The notes beneath the pieces were generated by a model. That model was not told the origin of the DNA. It did no database searches and saw nothing but the letters and a program-made list of their open reading frames with translations. The position numbers and the translations under genes were made by a program. From NCBI RefSeq assembly GCF_009914755.1, contig NC_060925.1: a stretch of 64,000 nt of DNA. The stretch is one strand, 5' to 3'. Source of the stretch: the human T2T-CHM13v2.0 reference genome, Homo sapiens. Of the stretch, positions 44,746 through 64,000 are shown piece after piece (the first letter of the stretch is position 1; each line of letters begins with the position of its first letter).

Positions 44746-44836
44746 TTCACCGGAACTTTGAACTGACTAGTTTGTTGAGATCATATAAAAACAACAGACA
44801 CAGGAAGAAAGCAGAGAGATAAAAAAGCTATCATCC

Positions 44837-45133
<297 letters not shown>

Positions 45134-45754
45134 CTATCATCTCTAGTTTTCTTTAGGTATGTGTAATATTTGATTTGGAATCTGTGAATTGGATTAAATT
45201 ATTTCAGTTCCTATATTGACGATATATAATCAATCACATGTCCAAAAGCATGTTTCATCTTTTCATAAGACTAAACCAGAGTGACTCTGAACTGAAAGCA
45301 AAAATTATCAAATATTTGTAGAATGATTTCATCAAAGGAAGGAGTAATAAAAGAATAATGAGAGGACCACCTTTGCACAGTTGAAGCTTAGCTTCTGCAA
45401 TTGAAGTGACAACCTTGATAGCCAGGTAGCTATGTCCAGCACATCACAGCTCTTCATAAAACTCCCTGTGTAGTCATCACAATGAGAGGCTCAATAAGAA
45501 CTCTAAGAGAAATAAACCTGAAAGAAGAGAAAAAACTTTTCTGTACAAATATATTTTAAGTACATTTATTATGGCAAAGTAATTTTTACTGCAAATATGT
45601 CATGCTGAATTAGATTTTTCCAATATGTAATCTACTATATTGAAATAAATTAGAAATTTTGAAAGCTGCATGAATATTTTCAAACCACTGTCAGAAATAC
45701 GTATTAATGATATCTTAAGAAGCTGAAAAACAATTTCTAAAAATGCCTAATTCA

Positions 45755-46070
45755 GGCCGGATGAGGTGGCTCACACCTGTAATCCCAGAACTTTGGGAGA
45801 CCTAGGCGGGTGGATCATGAGGTCAGGAGTTCAAGACCAGCCAGACCTGCCTGGCCAGGATGGTGAAACCCCATCTCTACTAAAAATACAAAAATTAGCC
45901 GGGTGTCGTGGCACCCACCTGTAATCCCAGCTAGTCAGGAGGCTGAGGCAGAGAATTGCTTGAACCCTGGAGGCAGAGGTTGCAGTGAGCCGAGATCGCG
46001 CCCCTGCACTCTAGCCTGGGAGACAGAGCGAGACTCCATCTCAACAACAACAACAACAAACAAAAACAAC
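45755..46070 (+). mobile_element. AluS (Sg-like)
   Basis: TSD aaaaatgcctaattca at 45739-45754 and 46071-46086; (CAA)n tail. Confidence 0.95.
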
Positions 46071-47304
46071 AAAAATGCCTAATTCAAGATAGGCATATAA
46101 AATGCCAACATTAATTCAATTCAATTATCTAGCAAAGGGCAAAAAAGTCTTAATTACATGTATTTAAAATTTTAAATGTAAGATAAATCACTTGGTATTA
46201 TATGTCTAAAGGTATTTGCAAATGTAGGAAATTTCCTGTTTTCAAAGACTGGGTATAGCATGGAAATAGTATGGAAGGCTTTACCTATGCCTTACACAAA
46301 TACAAAAGTATAAATATATATATATATATATCTAAACTAATGGTCAAAATTACTGAAAATTTGTATAGAAATATAAAAGCTGTGGTGATAATTAATAAAT
46401 AAATAAGGATCAAGTTACCATTCTCAAAACACCATTATTATAAGAGATGACTTAAGATGCTAGGCACTTTTGTATTCTCCTTGAATATATAATAGTAAAA
46501 AAAATAGACACCATGTCTTGATTAATTACAAGTGCACCACCTTAGTTAATCTTTAAAACAAACCAAAGCACACAGATATCAATTGTCTTGCTGGAAGTCA
46601 ACAATTCAGTAACTATAAGAATATTTATGAACCTAGTTCATCTGAAGTCAAAGCCTGTGTTTTGAGCTTTTATTCTGTCCTCATGAGTAACTCTAAAAAT
46701 ATGAAGCTAGAAGTATAAATAACTTGAAATAAATTTAGTTCAAGTTCTTAATTAAAGTGATGGAGCTAATTGTTCAAATATTGCAATTTTCATATTTTCC
46801 AAAGCCTTGCCTGGAAAATTTATAAATTTAAATATGCAGCTTAGGTAAGCAGAATTTAAATTTTTAGTGGTTGAAGATATTTAGAATGGGGTCTTAGCCT
46901 CAGACACTTCAGAAGCCCATATCTATTCAAATTATAAAATAAAGATAGGAACATTTCAATTTCTTTAAAACTGTGTTTAATGACAGCAGTGTCTTTCTGG
47001 TGCTTGTCTCAAAGTCAACCTGTAGCCATGGCATCATAGATTTAAGTAAAGCTATATCATTAAGGGAGAATGTGAGAAATAATATTGAAAGGGAACAAAT
47101 AATCCTTCTCCCCCAGGATACAGAAATAATGTCACATAATAGGAAACTTTATATGAAATTCAATCCAGATCAGCTTTATTTCTATTCTTCTTTATTTGAT
47201 TACCTTATCATCTTCCAAGACCTGCAGCCTAATGGGAGTTCACAAAAAAAACAAGATTTCATGTCTATATCCTGAAGTGTAATAAAGGGGGAAAAGAATT
47301 GTAT

Positions 47305-47500
47305 GCCAAAGTCAAAAACCTAAGTTTTTCTCTTGATTTCACCACTATCTACTTTTGATACCTTGGAAAATCATTTAATTTCTCTGAGACTCTTTTCTTC
47401 ATTTGTAAAATGACAGTAATTATACGTGCTCTGAGTTTTTGTGAGAATCAAATGAGATAATGTGTGTGAAAATGCTTTGTGGATTGTGCAAATATAAGTT
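47305..47500 (+). mobile_element. MIR
   Basis: accttggaaaatcatttaatttctctgag...catttgtaaaatg...gtgagaatcaaatgagataatg. Confidence 0.85.
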
Positions 47501-47827
47501 GCTCTTTTGCAGTGAAGAAGATAATTTAATAACCAATCTCTTCTCAAGATGAGTATAAATCAAAAAGCCATAAGAGCCTTGAAAAAATAATGTATTTTTG
47601 ACATCTTTGGTCTTACTACCAATCTAAGAAACTTGTGAACTAAAGTAATAGTCAAAGGACAGGGACAAGTATTTGGTTCCATCACGGGGAGAGCCAAGCC
47701 TGAACCCAAAGATAGGGGAGAATGAGGCACAATGACCCATGAACACTGAGTCAGCAGTGCAGGTCTGTAGGGTGGCATCTTTCAAAAAGATAAAAATGAC
47801 ATTTCTTCATTTTTGTAAGTATTTTGA

Positions 47828-48167
<340 letters not shown>

Positions 48168-50084
48168 TTAATTATGCATTTTAAAGATAAATTTGAATGA
48201 TTTGAATAGATTAGCCATGGTCTTACTCTGTTGGCATCTATTGAGATAAGTAAATATGAGTGTGCTAAAAAAAAATTCAAAATTTATTTTTCATGATGAC
48301 TTATCAGATTTCTTAATGCATTTATTTGTTTAAAAAAGCTGCTTGTCACCTAACATATATATATATAAACATAAAAAAAAACAGTAAGATCAGCTCATTC
48401 ACAGTTTTACCTAGCAATCATATCAAACATTCCTCTAAGAATTGTAAATATGAAAAAAAACAGAAAAAGCTCTAGCTTTAAAAAAGACTTAGTTGTGAAT
48501 ATTAATTTTACTCATCAATGTGTAGTGATTTGACTACTGTTTTATTAGAAAGGGAAGGGATAACGCTTATGACATCGATCTAGGAAAGGGCAAAATGAGG
48601 AAAATCTGTTAGTTAAACAAAACACAGGAAAATCACAGTTGTGATTTCACATTTTATTTTCAAAAAAAGAAGATAGAATATCCTTTCAAGTTGCTTTCCC
48701 CTAGGGCCTCCAAAATAGAACACTGTATTGAAATCAGCAGGTCATGTACGAGAAGATGGTTTAACTGCTAATTAACACTAGATGATATGCTGAGAATTAC
48801 ATGCTAATTAATTCTCTGTAAGGCTAAATGCCCTTTCTTCTATGTCATTTTCAATGAACACATTAATATTAAGACTAAGGTAGCATGTTTGTCATATGAA
48901 TTCGTAATCAAAAATTAGTGTATGTCAAAAGTTGGACATATCAGAATTTTTCTCTTAAATAGAGGTGATTGAAGTACGGAAAGTACTTACTGGAGAAAAC
49001 ACAGACACGTCGAAATGCCATTGTGGATATTTTGAAAATATAAAAACATTACAAGACAAAGAAAGAAAGTAAGAGGAGTTCCAAATCAAAAGGATTCCTT
49101 CTGGTAAACCCTTAATTTCAACGGTGTTGGACAAGTCTATGGTACAAAGGCATTGTGTGAATAAGACCTAACTCCACATTGGTGAGAAGTCTAGAGCAGT
49201 CTTTTTAAAAGCATTTTCCAGGTTGTAGACAATGATGAGGCAGAATTTGCCTGCTTGGCCAAAGAGCATTATTTTCCCTGGGGTAAGGCATGCCTACAGA
49301 TAAATTGGGATTTGGAAGGTAGCCAAAAGTTGGTAGCTTCACTATGTATTCCTTCCAGAAAGCTCAGTATTTTTCATTGTGGTTAACATGTCTCACTGGC
49401 TTGATAATAATATCTTAATCACTGCTTCCTCTGTATTCTTCCAAGGGCAGGGAGGTTCAGCTGTGTAAGAATCTGTCTACCACAAATAAAAACTATCAAA
49501 CGGATTTTAAAACCTCTGTGGTCGACCCTTTTGTAAAAGCTTCACTATCAGTCTGCTTTAGATGTGATTTGTCTGCTTATTTATTTATTGCTTTCATGCA
49601 TTATTCTATTTGGTCTACAACATTTAAAAAATACCTAAATATTTTACAATCATTAAAGCTGGCTGGAGAGCTTTAGAAAAACATTGTTGCAAAAGAGCTC
49701 CAAGTGAAAGGCTCTCTTTTGGTGATGTAAGGTTGAAATGTGACTGAATATAACAATTATAATTTTTCATTTGCAAAATAATTCATCTCTTGAGTAAACA
49801 TTAGTTGTGCATTCATTTTTTAATAAGAAGAAATAGGCATAGCAACTCAGAAATGATAATGTGCACCCAATAATGCATATTACACGAGGATGTTGTTTTG
49901 CTTCGTATTGACAAGTTTTTTTTATAAAATAGCAATTTTATTTAGAAAGGCCAAATTAAAGTTCCACAAATGAGAATATATTGCATTTTAACTAACGGAA
50001 TTGGTACATAGTCAAAGTCAAAAGTGAATTTTCATTGATAATACTTACAAAAAAGTCAAAGTATATAGTGTAAGAAGACTTAGA

Positions 50085-50300
50085 AGGTTGAAAAAACTAG
50101 AGTTTGATGGCTAACACTGCAATTTAATTGCTTTGTGATTTTGCATAAGTTTCTCAACTTTAGTCCTTTAGTTTCCACATATGTAAAATAAATATATTAA
50201 TACTTGCAGCATCATAGTCTTGTAATAATTAAATGAGAAAACAAAAGTGAATTATCTAACATATGGTCCAGCATATAGGAGGCAATAAATGCTAGAAAAT
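50085..50300 (+). mobile_element. MIR
   Basis: tgtgattttgcataagtttctcaac...gtttccacatatgtaaaat...caataaatgctag. Confidence 0.7.
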
Positions 50301-50544
50301 AGTGATTATAGTAAAATTGAACATTTCTTTTTATTTAATCAGTGGTCCCATATATTGAACTCCAAATTAGGTTTGATGCGAGGTAACAATTATTGAAAAG
50401 TAATAAATAAATAACACTAACATGAATGACTAGTGCCATGGAAAGAATCACAGATCCTGGTCAATACTCATGAATATCAACAAGTGTTTAATGCATAATT
50501 GCTGCTGAGAAATCTGAGTTTGGTCCTGGCATGTCATTAACTAG

Positions 50545-55785
<5,241 letters not shown>

Positions 55786-55789
55786 TTAT

Positions 55790-58700
55790 TTTCTCCCAAG
55801 ATGGTGGTTGGAGGCAATGTTAGCATGCCTTACTCACTTGGAAGGACAGAATGGTGTGTAGAGATTCACAGTGTACACATTTTTTCAAGAAGCAATGCAG
55901 AAACTTAACAGGAAAACTGAAAGAATGCAAAGACCCTATGAAAGAAGTGTTGGGATGCAGCCTATTCCGTAAGACAGATGAAAAGCTGTTAGTTCCAAGA
56001 GTGTGAGAAGGGGAGAGAATGCCTCCAGAATACACATGCCCACCAGGGAATCTAAAAATACAAGCCACTGGAGAAGGAATTGACCCTACCCAGCGATGGA
56101 ACTGATTTAGGGAGCAGCAAGAAATATAAAGGTAGAAGCAGCAGCAGAAAGTGACTTGCAGGCATTCCCGGTCTCCAGCATGAACTGAGGGAAGCCACAC
56201 CTGAATCCATCTCACAGGGGACCTTGTGGAAGGCATCCAACTAGCTCAGGTAGGGGATGCAGGGTGAAAGAAGTTCCCAACTGAATTTTGTGATTTTGTG
56301 ATTTTGTGGTTTAATCTCAAGTGGGGACAAACTCCCAACCCCGTCAATAAGAAGCTGATTACAGTGGGCAAGGTGGCAAGTGGGGAATGCATTTCAGACA
56401 TAAGTGCAGGAGCTGGGCACCAGGCTTTGCTGGCAGATGGGGAGGGGCATAGCCTAAAATTCATGGTTCCTATTTCTACAGGGAGTTTATGGCCTGGGAC
56501 GGGTCTGACTCCCAGACTGCCTGGGTCTTAACCCAGTGCTGTTAGTGGAGCAATGCAGAAGTGAGATGAGCCTTGCTATCTGCCTGGGAGCTGGGTGAGA
56601 GTTACTGTGGCCTGTTACTCTCCACTCCTTTGCATTCTCTTTTATGTGGCAGAGGTAGTTATATTGAGCTCTGGATCATTACTCCAGCAGCCTGAGAACC
56701 ATCTGCAACCCTCACAGGAGCCACAGATGGCCCCACTAAGGGAGTGTCGGAGTGCAGACCCACTTAAACTTGCCCACATCTGATTGTGCCCCTCCACCCA
56801 CCTTGGTAGTGTAGGATATAAACTTTTGGGAATTTTGTAGCCCCTCCAACACCAGAGAAACAAAATTACCTCTCTTTGGCAACTTAGGTAGGGCAAGCTC
56901 ATATCCCATTGCTACTAGCACAGCTGGTATTATTTTACAACCATCACCTCCTGGTTGGAGGCCAACCAACACAGTCCATTAAAGCACCTCTAGGTAGAAT
57001 AATATTGTGCCCAGGAAGCAGAAAATAAATGAATGACTTCAGCTATCACCACTGCCTGCAACACCATGGCTAACCAGAGGTTCTGAGTCTGTCCACATGA
57101 AAAGTTCAATAAAATTATAACCAGCTTTAAAGGAAGCCAGCACACTAAACCTATCTACAATTAAGAAATCACACAGAGTCTATGTCACTTTCCTGACACC
57201 TCCAGCAGAGCTGGTGCTGGTACCCACTGCTGGTAGATTTGAAAACAGGTCACATCACTGGATCCCTTGAAGACATTGCCCAGTGCCAGCACAGAGTGTG
57301 GCAGCCCCACTGGATGGCTAGACAAGGAGAGCAAGAGCAGTCACTGTAGTCTGGTTGTCAGAAACTCCTACACCTAGAAGAAGAGGGAGAGCACATCAAG
57401 AGAAAACCCTGTGGGATAAAGGAATCTGGATGGCAGTCCTTGAGTTCCATATCTTTCCACTGCTAGGAAGTTTCTTATAGCAGAGTCACAATTGAAGTGC
57501 TAGGCACAGCCAGGAAAGTCTGCATCTCTACCCCAACAGTCAGGCAACCTTCATGTTCATGAAAGGTCTTGGAGAAGAGATTCTTGTAGTTCCCTTGTCC
57601 ACCACTGTAGACATAGTTGGGGCTTTTCCCATAGGAACTCAGCATGGATGCACCTATAGACAGCATTCCTGGAATAATTCAGGGTGATTGCATCCCCCCA
57701 GGAGGAGCACTGTCCAGGTTCAGGCTTGCATGAGAGTCAGAGTCACAGTTCCTTTCTACTTGGAACATCAACATTCCTATAGACAAAAAGAGGTACCTGT
57801 CTGATCTGAATAGCCAGGACACTGGGACAGGAGGGAGGCTGGGAGGTGTATAGCTTTCCTGCTGGCTTGGCAGGGGAGCTGAGGTAGCTTCCACTCTTCT
57901 CCCTGGTAAAATCTCAGTGCATCTAACTGAGAGCTCCCTCAGCCACCTTCATCAAGGCTGGAAACTCTGTCCACCATTGGCTATTGCATCTACCCACCTG
58001 CTTTAGCTACATCCAGTTTCTACCCAGGGATACTGACCTAGATCTCTTGCTGGCCTAAATCCTAAACCATCAACTCATTACATAAAAATACTGGGGAAAA
58101 AATTAAGTGAATAAAAAGTACACAACACAGGGGAATGAGATAAGCTTTAAGATATTCAGGCTATTTCAACCCCATAGGAGACAGTGAACTTGCCCACACA
58201 CCAAGTACATAAGTACTACAACCAGCATTTGAGAAAGTCAGCTCACAAAGACTCTCTATAACCAAGGTACTCATACAGAGTCAAACCAGGCACCAAGAAG
58301 CAAACTAGGGTATAATAAACTATACACATTAAAATCACATCTTTAAGAGAGAAAAAAATTTAAAAACACAGTCAAATAAAAAATAAATTCAAGAATAACT
58401 GAAAAAAAACTCTACTCAAATGAGATGAAACTAGAAAAGTAATTCTGTTAATATAACGTAATAGGGTTCTATGATATTCTCAAACGATCACGCTAGCTCC
58501 CCAGCAATGAATCCAAACCAAGATGAAAACTTTGAAATACCAGATAAAGAATTCAGAAGATTGATTACTAAGCTGCTCAAGGAGATACCAGAGAAAGGTG
58601 AAAACCAAAATAAAGAGATTTAAAAAACAATTCAGGATATCAATAAAAAATTTCCAGAGAGGCAGATATCATAAAGAAAAACCAAATAGAACTTCTGGAA

Positions 58701-61700
58701 ATGAAAGACATACTTAGGCAACTACAAAACACTGGAAAATTTCAATAATAAACTAGAACAAGTAGAAAAAATAATTTCAAATATCAAAGACAAGGCTTTT
58801 GAATTAACCGAATTAGACAAAGATAAAGAAAAAAGGATCAAAAGAAATGAACAAATTTTCCAAGAAATATGGGATTATGTAAAACAGTCAAACCTAAGAA
58901 TTGTTGATCTTCCTGAGGGAAAAGAGAAATCTAAAAGGTTGGAAAACTTATTTGAAGAAATAAATGAAGAAAACTTTCCTGGCCTTGCTAGAGATTTAGA
59001 TATTCAAACATAAGAAGCTCAAAGAACTCCTGGGAAATTTATTGCAAATATCACCTTGGCATATGTCACACACCTTATCACCAAGGCACATAGTTATCAG
59101 GCTATCTTAAAGTTGACACAAAGAAAGAATTCTAAGAGACCTGAGACAAAAGCATCAGGTAATCTATAAAGGAAAACCTATCAGTCTAACAGCAGACTTC
59201 TCAGCAGAAACCTTACAAGCTAGAAGGGATTGGGATCTTATCATGAGCCTCTTTAAACAGAGTAATTGTCAGTCAAGAATTCTGTGTCCAGCAAAACTAA
59301 GCTTCATAAATGAAGGAGAGAAGTCTTTTTTAGAAAAATGCTGATGGAATTTGCCACTACAAAAACAGCACTACAAAAAATACTAAAAGGAGTTATAAAT
59401 CTAAAAACAAAAGCTTGTTAGGCACCAAAGTAGAACCTCCTGAAAGCGTGAAACTCACAGAGCCTACAAAACTATAACACAATGAAAAAAGCACGCTATC
59501 TAGGTGACAACTAATATGATAAATACAACAGTAACTCACATCTGAATATTAACATCGAATGTAAATGGCCTAAATGTTCCACTTAAAACATATAGAATGG
59601 CAGAATGGATTAAAAAAATCTTCCAACCAAAAATCTGCTGTCTTCAAGAGGCTAGCCTAACCCATAATAATTCATACGAACTCATGGTAAAGGGATGAAA
59701 AAAGATATTCCGTGGCTGGGCACGATGGCTCATGCCTGTAATCCTAGCACTTTGGGAGGCGAGGTGGGTGGATCACCTGAGGTCAGGAGTTCAAGGTGGT
59801 TGGGTCACCTGAGGTCAGGAGTTCGAGATCAGCCTGGCCAACATGGAAAAACCCCATCCCTACTAAAAATACAACAATTAGCTAGGCATGGTGGTGCATA
59901 TCTATAATCCCAGATACTAGGGAGGCTGAAGCAGGAGAATTACTTGAACCCAGGAGGCAGAGGTTGCAGTGAGCCAAGATTGTGCCACTGTACCTCAGCC
60001 TGGGAGACAGAGCAAGGCTCTGTATCTATCTATCTATCTATCTATATTATATATATATATATTCCATGCAAATGGTAGCCAAAAGTGATCAGGAGTATCA
60101 AGTCGTATAACAGAAAAAAACAGGACTTAAAACAACAACAATAAGAAAATAAAAAGACAACATCATTTATCATTTGATACATAATAAAAGGATCAGTCCA
60201 ATTAGAAGACATTGCAATCATACATTTACATGCACCTAAATCTGGAGCTCCCAGATTTATAAAATTATTACTTCTAGACCTAAGAAATGAGATACATAGC
60301 AACACAATAACAGTGGGACACTTCTATCCATTTACAGCACTAGACAGCCCATCAAGACAGAAAGTCAGCAAAGAAACAATGGAATTAAACTATACCCTAG
60401 ACCAAATTGGCTTAATAAATATTTACAGAACATTCTTCCCAACAACTGGAAAATATACACTCTTCTCATCAGCACATGGAACATTCTCCAAGGTAGACCA
60501 TGTGCTAGGTCACAAAGCAAGTCTCAATAAATGTAAGACAATTAAACTTATATAAAGTATCTTCTCAGACTAAGTGGAATAAAACTGAAAATCAACTCCA
60601 AAAGGAACCCTCAAAACTATACAAATAAATGGAAATTAAATAATCTGCTTTTGAATTATTTCGGGGTTAACAATGAAATCAAGATGAAAATTTATAAATT
60701 ATTTAGAATCAATAATAGTGACAAAATTAATCAAAACTTCAGGAATACAGAAAAAGAAGTTCTAAGAGGAAAGTGCATAGCATTAAATGCCTATATCAAA
60801 AAGTCTGAAAGAGCATAATTTGAAAACCTGATGTTGAAATCTCAAGGAACTAGAGAAACAACAACAAACTAAACCCAAAGCAAGCAGAATGAAACAAAAA
60901 AAGATCAGAGCAAAACTGAATGAAACTGAAACAAAAAATATAAGATAGATGAAATAAAAAGCTGGTTCTTACAAAAGATAAACAAACTTAATAGGCGTTT
61001 AGTGAGATTAACCAAGAAAAGAAGATCCAAATAAGCTCAATTAGAAATGAAACTGGAGATGTTACAGTCAATACCACAGAAATACAAAATATCATTCAAG
61101 GCTACTGTGAATACCTTTATGCATACAAACTAGAAAATCTAGAGGAAATGGATAAATTCCTGGAAACACACAACCCTCCTAGATTAAATCAGTAAGAAAT
61201 AGAAACCATGAACAGACCAATAACAAGCAGCAAGATTAAATCAGCAATTTAAAAATTGCCAGCAAAAAATTTCAAGACCAGAAGGATTCATTGCTGAGTT
61301 CTACCAGATATTCAAAGAAGAATTGGTACCAATCCTACTAAAACTATTTTAAAAATAGAGAATGAATGAATCCTCCCTTAAATCATTCCATGAAGCCAGT
61401 ATCACCCTAATCCCTAATAACAAAACTAGGAAAAGACATAACAAAAAAGAAAACTACAAACAAATATTCCTGATGAACATAGATACAAAAATCATTGATA
61501 AAATACTAGCAAACCAAATTAAACAGAGTATCAGAAAGATAATACATCACGATCAGGTAGGTTTCATTCCAAGGATGCAGGGATGGTTTAACATACACAA
61601 GTCAAAAACTGTGATAAATTATGCAAACAGAATTAAAAGAAAAAATCATATGATAATCTCAATAGATGCAGAAAAAGCATTTGATAAAATCCAGCATCTT

Positions 61701-61765
61701 GTTATGATAAAAAGCCTCAACACATATGGCATAAAAAGGACATACCTCAAAATAGTAAAAGCCAT
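55790..61765 (+). mobile_element. L1PB-type element with ~2.6-kb 5'UTR, ORF1 (~58420-59430) and ORF2 (from ~59516), interrupted by an Alu and THE1
   Basis: ccaagatgg 5' end; ORF1 ...ccagcaatgaatccaaaccaaga; RT motifs [11 protein letters not shown] and [17 protein letters not shown] in ORF 61362-61985. Confidence 0.92.
59714..60053 (+). mobile_element. AluS with an internal 32-bp tandem duplication and a (TCTA)n tail
   Basis: Dimer; TSD ~atattcc[g/a]t. Confidence 0.94.
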
Positions 61766-64000
61766 TGATATGGTTTGGCTCTGGGTTCCCACCCAAATCT
61801 CATCTTGTAGCTCCCATAATTCCGAGGTGTTGTGGGAGGGAACACGAGAAAGACGATTGAGTCGTGGGGGCGGGTCTTTCCTGTGCTATTCTCACAACAG
61901 TGAATCAGTCTCAAGAAATCTAATCATTTTAAAAATGGACGTTTTCCTGCAGAAGTTCTCTCTTTGCCTGTCCCCATCCATGTAAGACATGACTTGCTCC
62001 TCCTTGCCTTCTACCATGATTGTGAGGCCTCCCCAGCCATGTGGTACTGTATAAGTCCATTAAACCTCTTTTTCTTCTCAGTCTTGGATATGTCTTTATC
62101 AGAAGCATGAAAATGAACTGATATAGTAAATTGGTACCAGGAGTGGAGTGCTGATGGAAAGATACCTGAAAATGTGAAAGCAACTTTGGAACTGGGTAAC
62201 ATGCAGTAGTTTAAGCAGTTTGAAGGGCTCAGAAGAAGACAGAAAAATGTGGGAAAGTTTGGAACTCCCTAGAGACTTGTTGAATCTCTTTGACCAAAAT
62301 GCTGATGATGATATGGGCAATGAAATCCAGGCTGAGGTGGTCTCAGATGGAGATAAGAAACTTGTTAGGAACTGGAGCAAAGGTGACTCTTGTTACATTT
62401 TAGCAAAGAGGCTTGTGGCATTTTGCCCCTTCCTTAGAGATTTGTGGAACTTTGAACTTGAGAGAGATGATTTAGGGTACCTGGCAGAAGAAATTTCTAA
62501 TAAGCAAAGCATTCAAGAGGTGACTTGGGTGCTGTTAAAGGCATTCAGTTTTAAGAGAGAAACAGAGCATAAAGTTTTAGAAAATTTGCAGCCTGACAAT
62601 GCAATAAAAAAGAAAATCCCATTTTCTGAAGAGAAATCCAAGCCAGCTGCAGAAATTTTCACAAGTAACAAGGAGGTGAATGTTAATCCCGAAGATAATA
62701 GGGAAATTTTCTCCAGGGCATGTCAGAGGTCTTCATGGCAGCGCCTCCCATCACAGACCTGGAGGCCTAGGAGGAAAAAGTGGTTTTGTGGGCTATGACC
62801 CTGGTCCCTGTTCTGTGTGCAACCTAGGGACTTGGCACCCTCTGTCCCAGCCACTCTGGCCATGACCAAAAGGGGCCAAAATAGAGATTGGGCCATGGCT
62901 TCAGAGGGTGCAAGCCTCAAGCCTTGGCAGCTTCCATGTGATGTTGAGCCTTGCAGTGCACAGAAGACAAGAATTGGGGTTTGGGAACCTCCAGCTAGAT
63001 TTCAGAGAATGTATGAAAATGCCTGGATGTCTAGGCAGAAGTTTTCTGCAGAGGTGGGGCTCTCATGGAGAACTTCTGTTAGGGCAGTGAAGAAGGGAAA
63101 TATGGGGTCAGAGCCCCCACACAGAGTCCCGACTGGGGCACTGTCTAGTGGAATTGTGAGAAGAGGGCCACTGTCCTCCAGATCCCAGAATGACAGATTC
63201 ACTGACAGCTTGCACCATGCATCTGGAAAAGCTGCAGACATTCAATGCCAGCCCATGAAAGGAGCCAAAAGGGAGGCTGTACCCTGCAAAGCCACAGGGG
63301 CAGAGCTTCCCAAGACCTTGGGAACCCACCTCTGGCATCAGTGCGACCTAGCTGTGAGACATGGAGTTGAAGGAGATCATTTTGGAACTTTAAGATTTGG
63401 CTGTCCTGCTAGATTTTGGACTTGCATGGGACCTGTAGTAGGACAGTTTCTCCCATTTGGAACAGCTGTATTTACCCAATGCTTTTATCCCCATTCTAGC
63501 TAGGAAGTAACTAACTTGCTTTTGATTTTACAGGCTCATAGGCAGAAAGGACCTGCCTTGTCTTGTATAAGATTTTGGAATGTGGACTTATGAGTTAATG
63601 CTGAAATGAATTGAGACTTTAGGGGACTGTTGGGAAGGCATGATTGGTTTTCAAATGTGAGGACATGAGATTTAGGAGGGGCCAGGGTAGGAATGACATG
63701 GTTTGGCTCTGTGTCCCCACCCAAATCTCATCTTGTAACTCCCATAATTCCCACATGTTGTGGGAGGTACCCAGCGGGAGATTGAATCACAAAGTAGGTC
63801 TTTTCTGTGCTGTTCTCATGATAGTGAATGAGTCCGACAAGATCTGCTGGTTTTAAAAAAGAGTCTCCCTGCATAAGCTTTTTCTGCCTGCCACCATCTA
63901 TGTAAGACACGACTTGCTCCTCCTTGCCTTCCACCATGATTGTGAGGCCTCCCCAGCCATGTGGAACTGTAAGTCCATTAAACCTCTTTTACTTCCCAGT
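61766..64000 (+). mobile_element. THE1 (THE1A/B-like) MaLR provirus: 5' LTR 61766-62125, internal 62126-63693, 3' LTR from 63694 to the window end
   Basis: Two similar LTRs starting tga[t/c]atggtttggctctg; internal region starts gtaaattggtaccag; polypurine tract before the 3' LTR. Confidence 0.96.
62247..63503 (+). pseudogene. THE1 internal (MaLR) ORF remnant
   Basis: ORFs 62220-62798 and 62817-63503 are in the same frame, separated by one TGA; MWESLELPRDLLN... is the typical THE1-int translation. Confidence 0.8.

Noticed and set aside
61362-61985. 207-aa ORF with reverse transcriptase motifs
   Set aside because: Fragment of decayed L1PB ORF2 reading into the THE1 LTR; the surrounding ORF2 is disrupted, so it is not a gene

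Overview
Human (primate) genomic DNA. The window is AT-rich, dominated by interspersed repeats, and has no supportable protein-coding exon or RNA gene. The ORF track is explained by repeat remnants and low-complexity sequence. Contents: three large decayed + strand L1s (L1MA-type ~1.4-9.0 kb, L1MA-type ~50.5-55.5 kb, L1PB-type ~55.8-61.8 kb), minus-strand old L1s, about 15 Alus, MaLR/ERVL/ERV1 LTRs (THE1, MLT1, MLT2, MER57-like), a THE1 provirus at the right edge, MIR/L2 relics and a MER2 DNA transposon. I see no evidence of a new biological system. The notable signals are rearrangement footprints. (1) A four-layer nest, L1MA > AluSp > L1PA5-like > human-specific L1HS-Ta. The L1HS is 5'-truncated at the position homologous to its own target site and carries a 3' transduction. 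(2) An old ~180-bp inverted duplication that captured an L1 insertion junction. (3) A 16-nt templated insertion in an AluY that matches an LTR 1 kb away. (4) A THE1 internal ORF with a single stop over ~400 codons. Subfamily names come from recalled diagnostic motifs, not from a RepeatMasker run, and the boundaries of ancient repeats are approximate.
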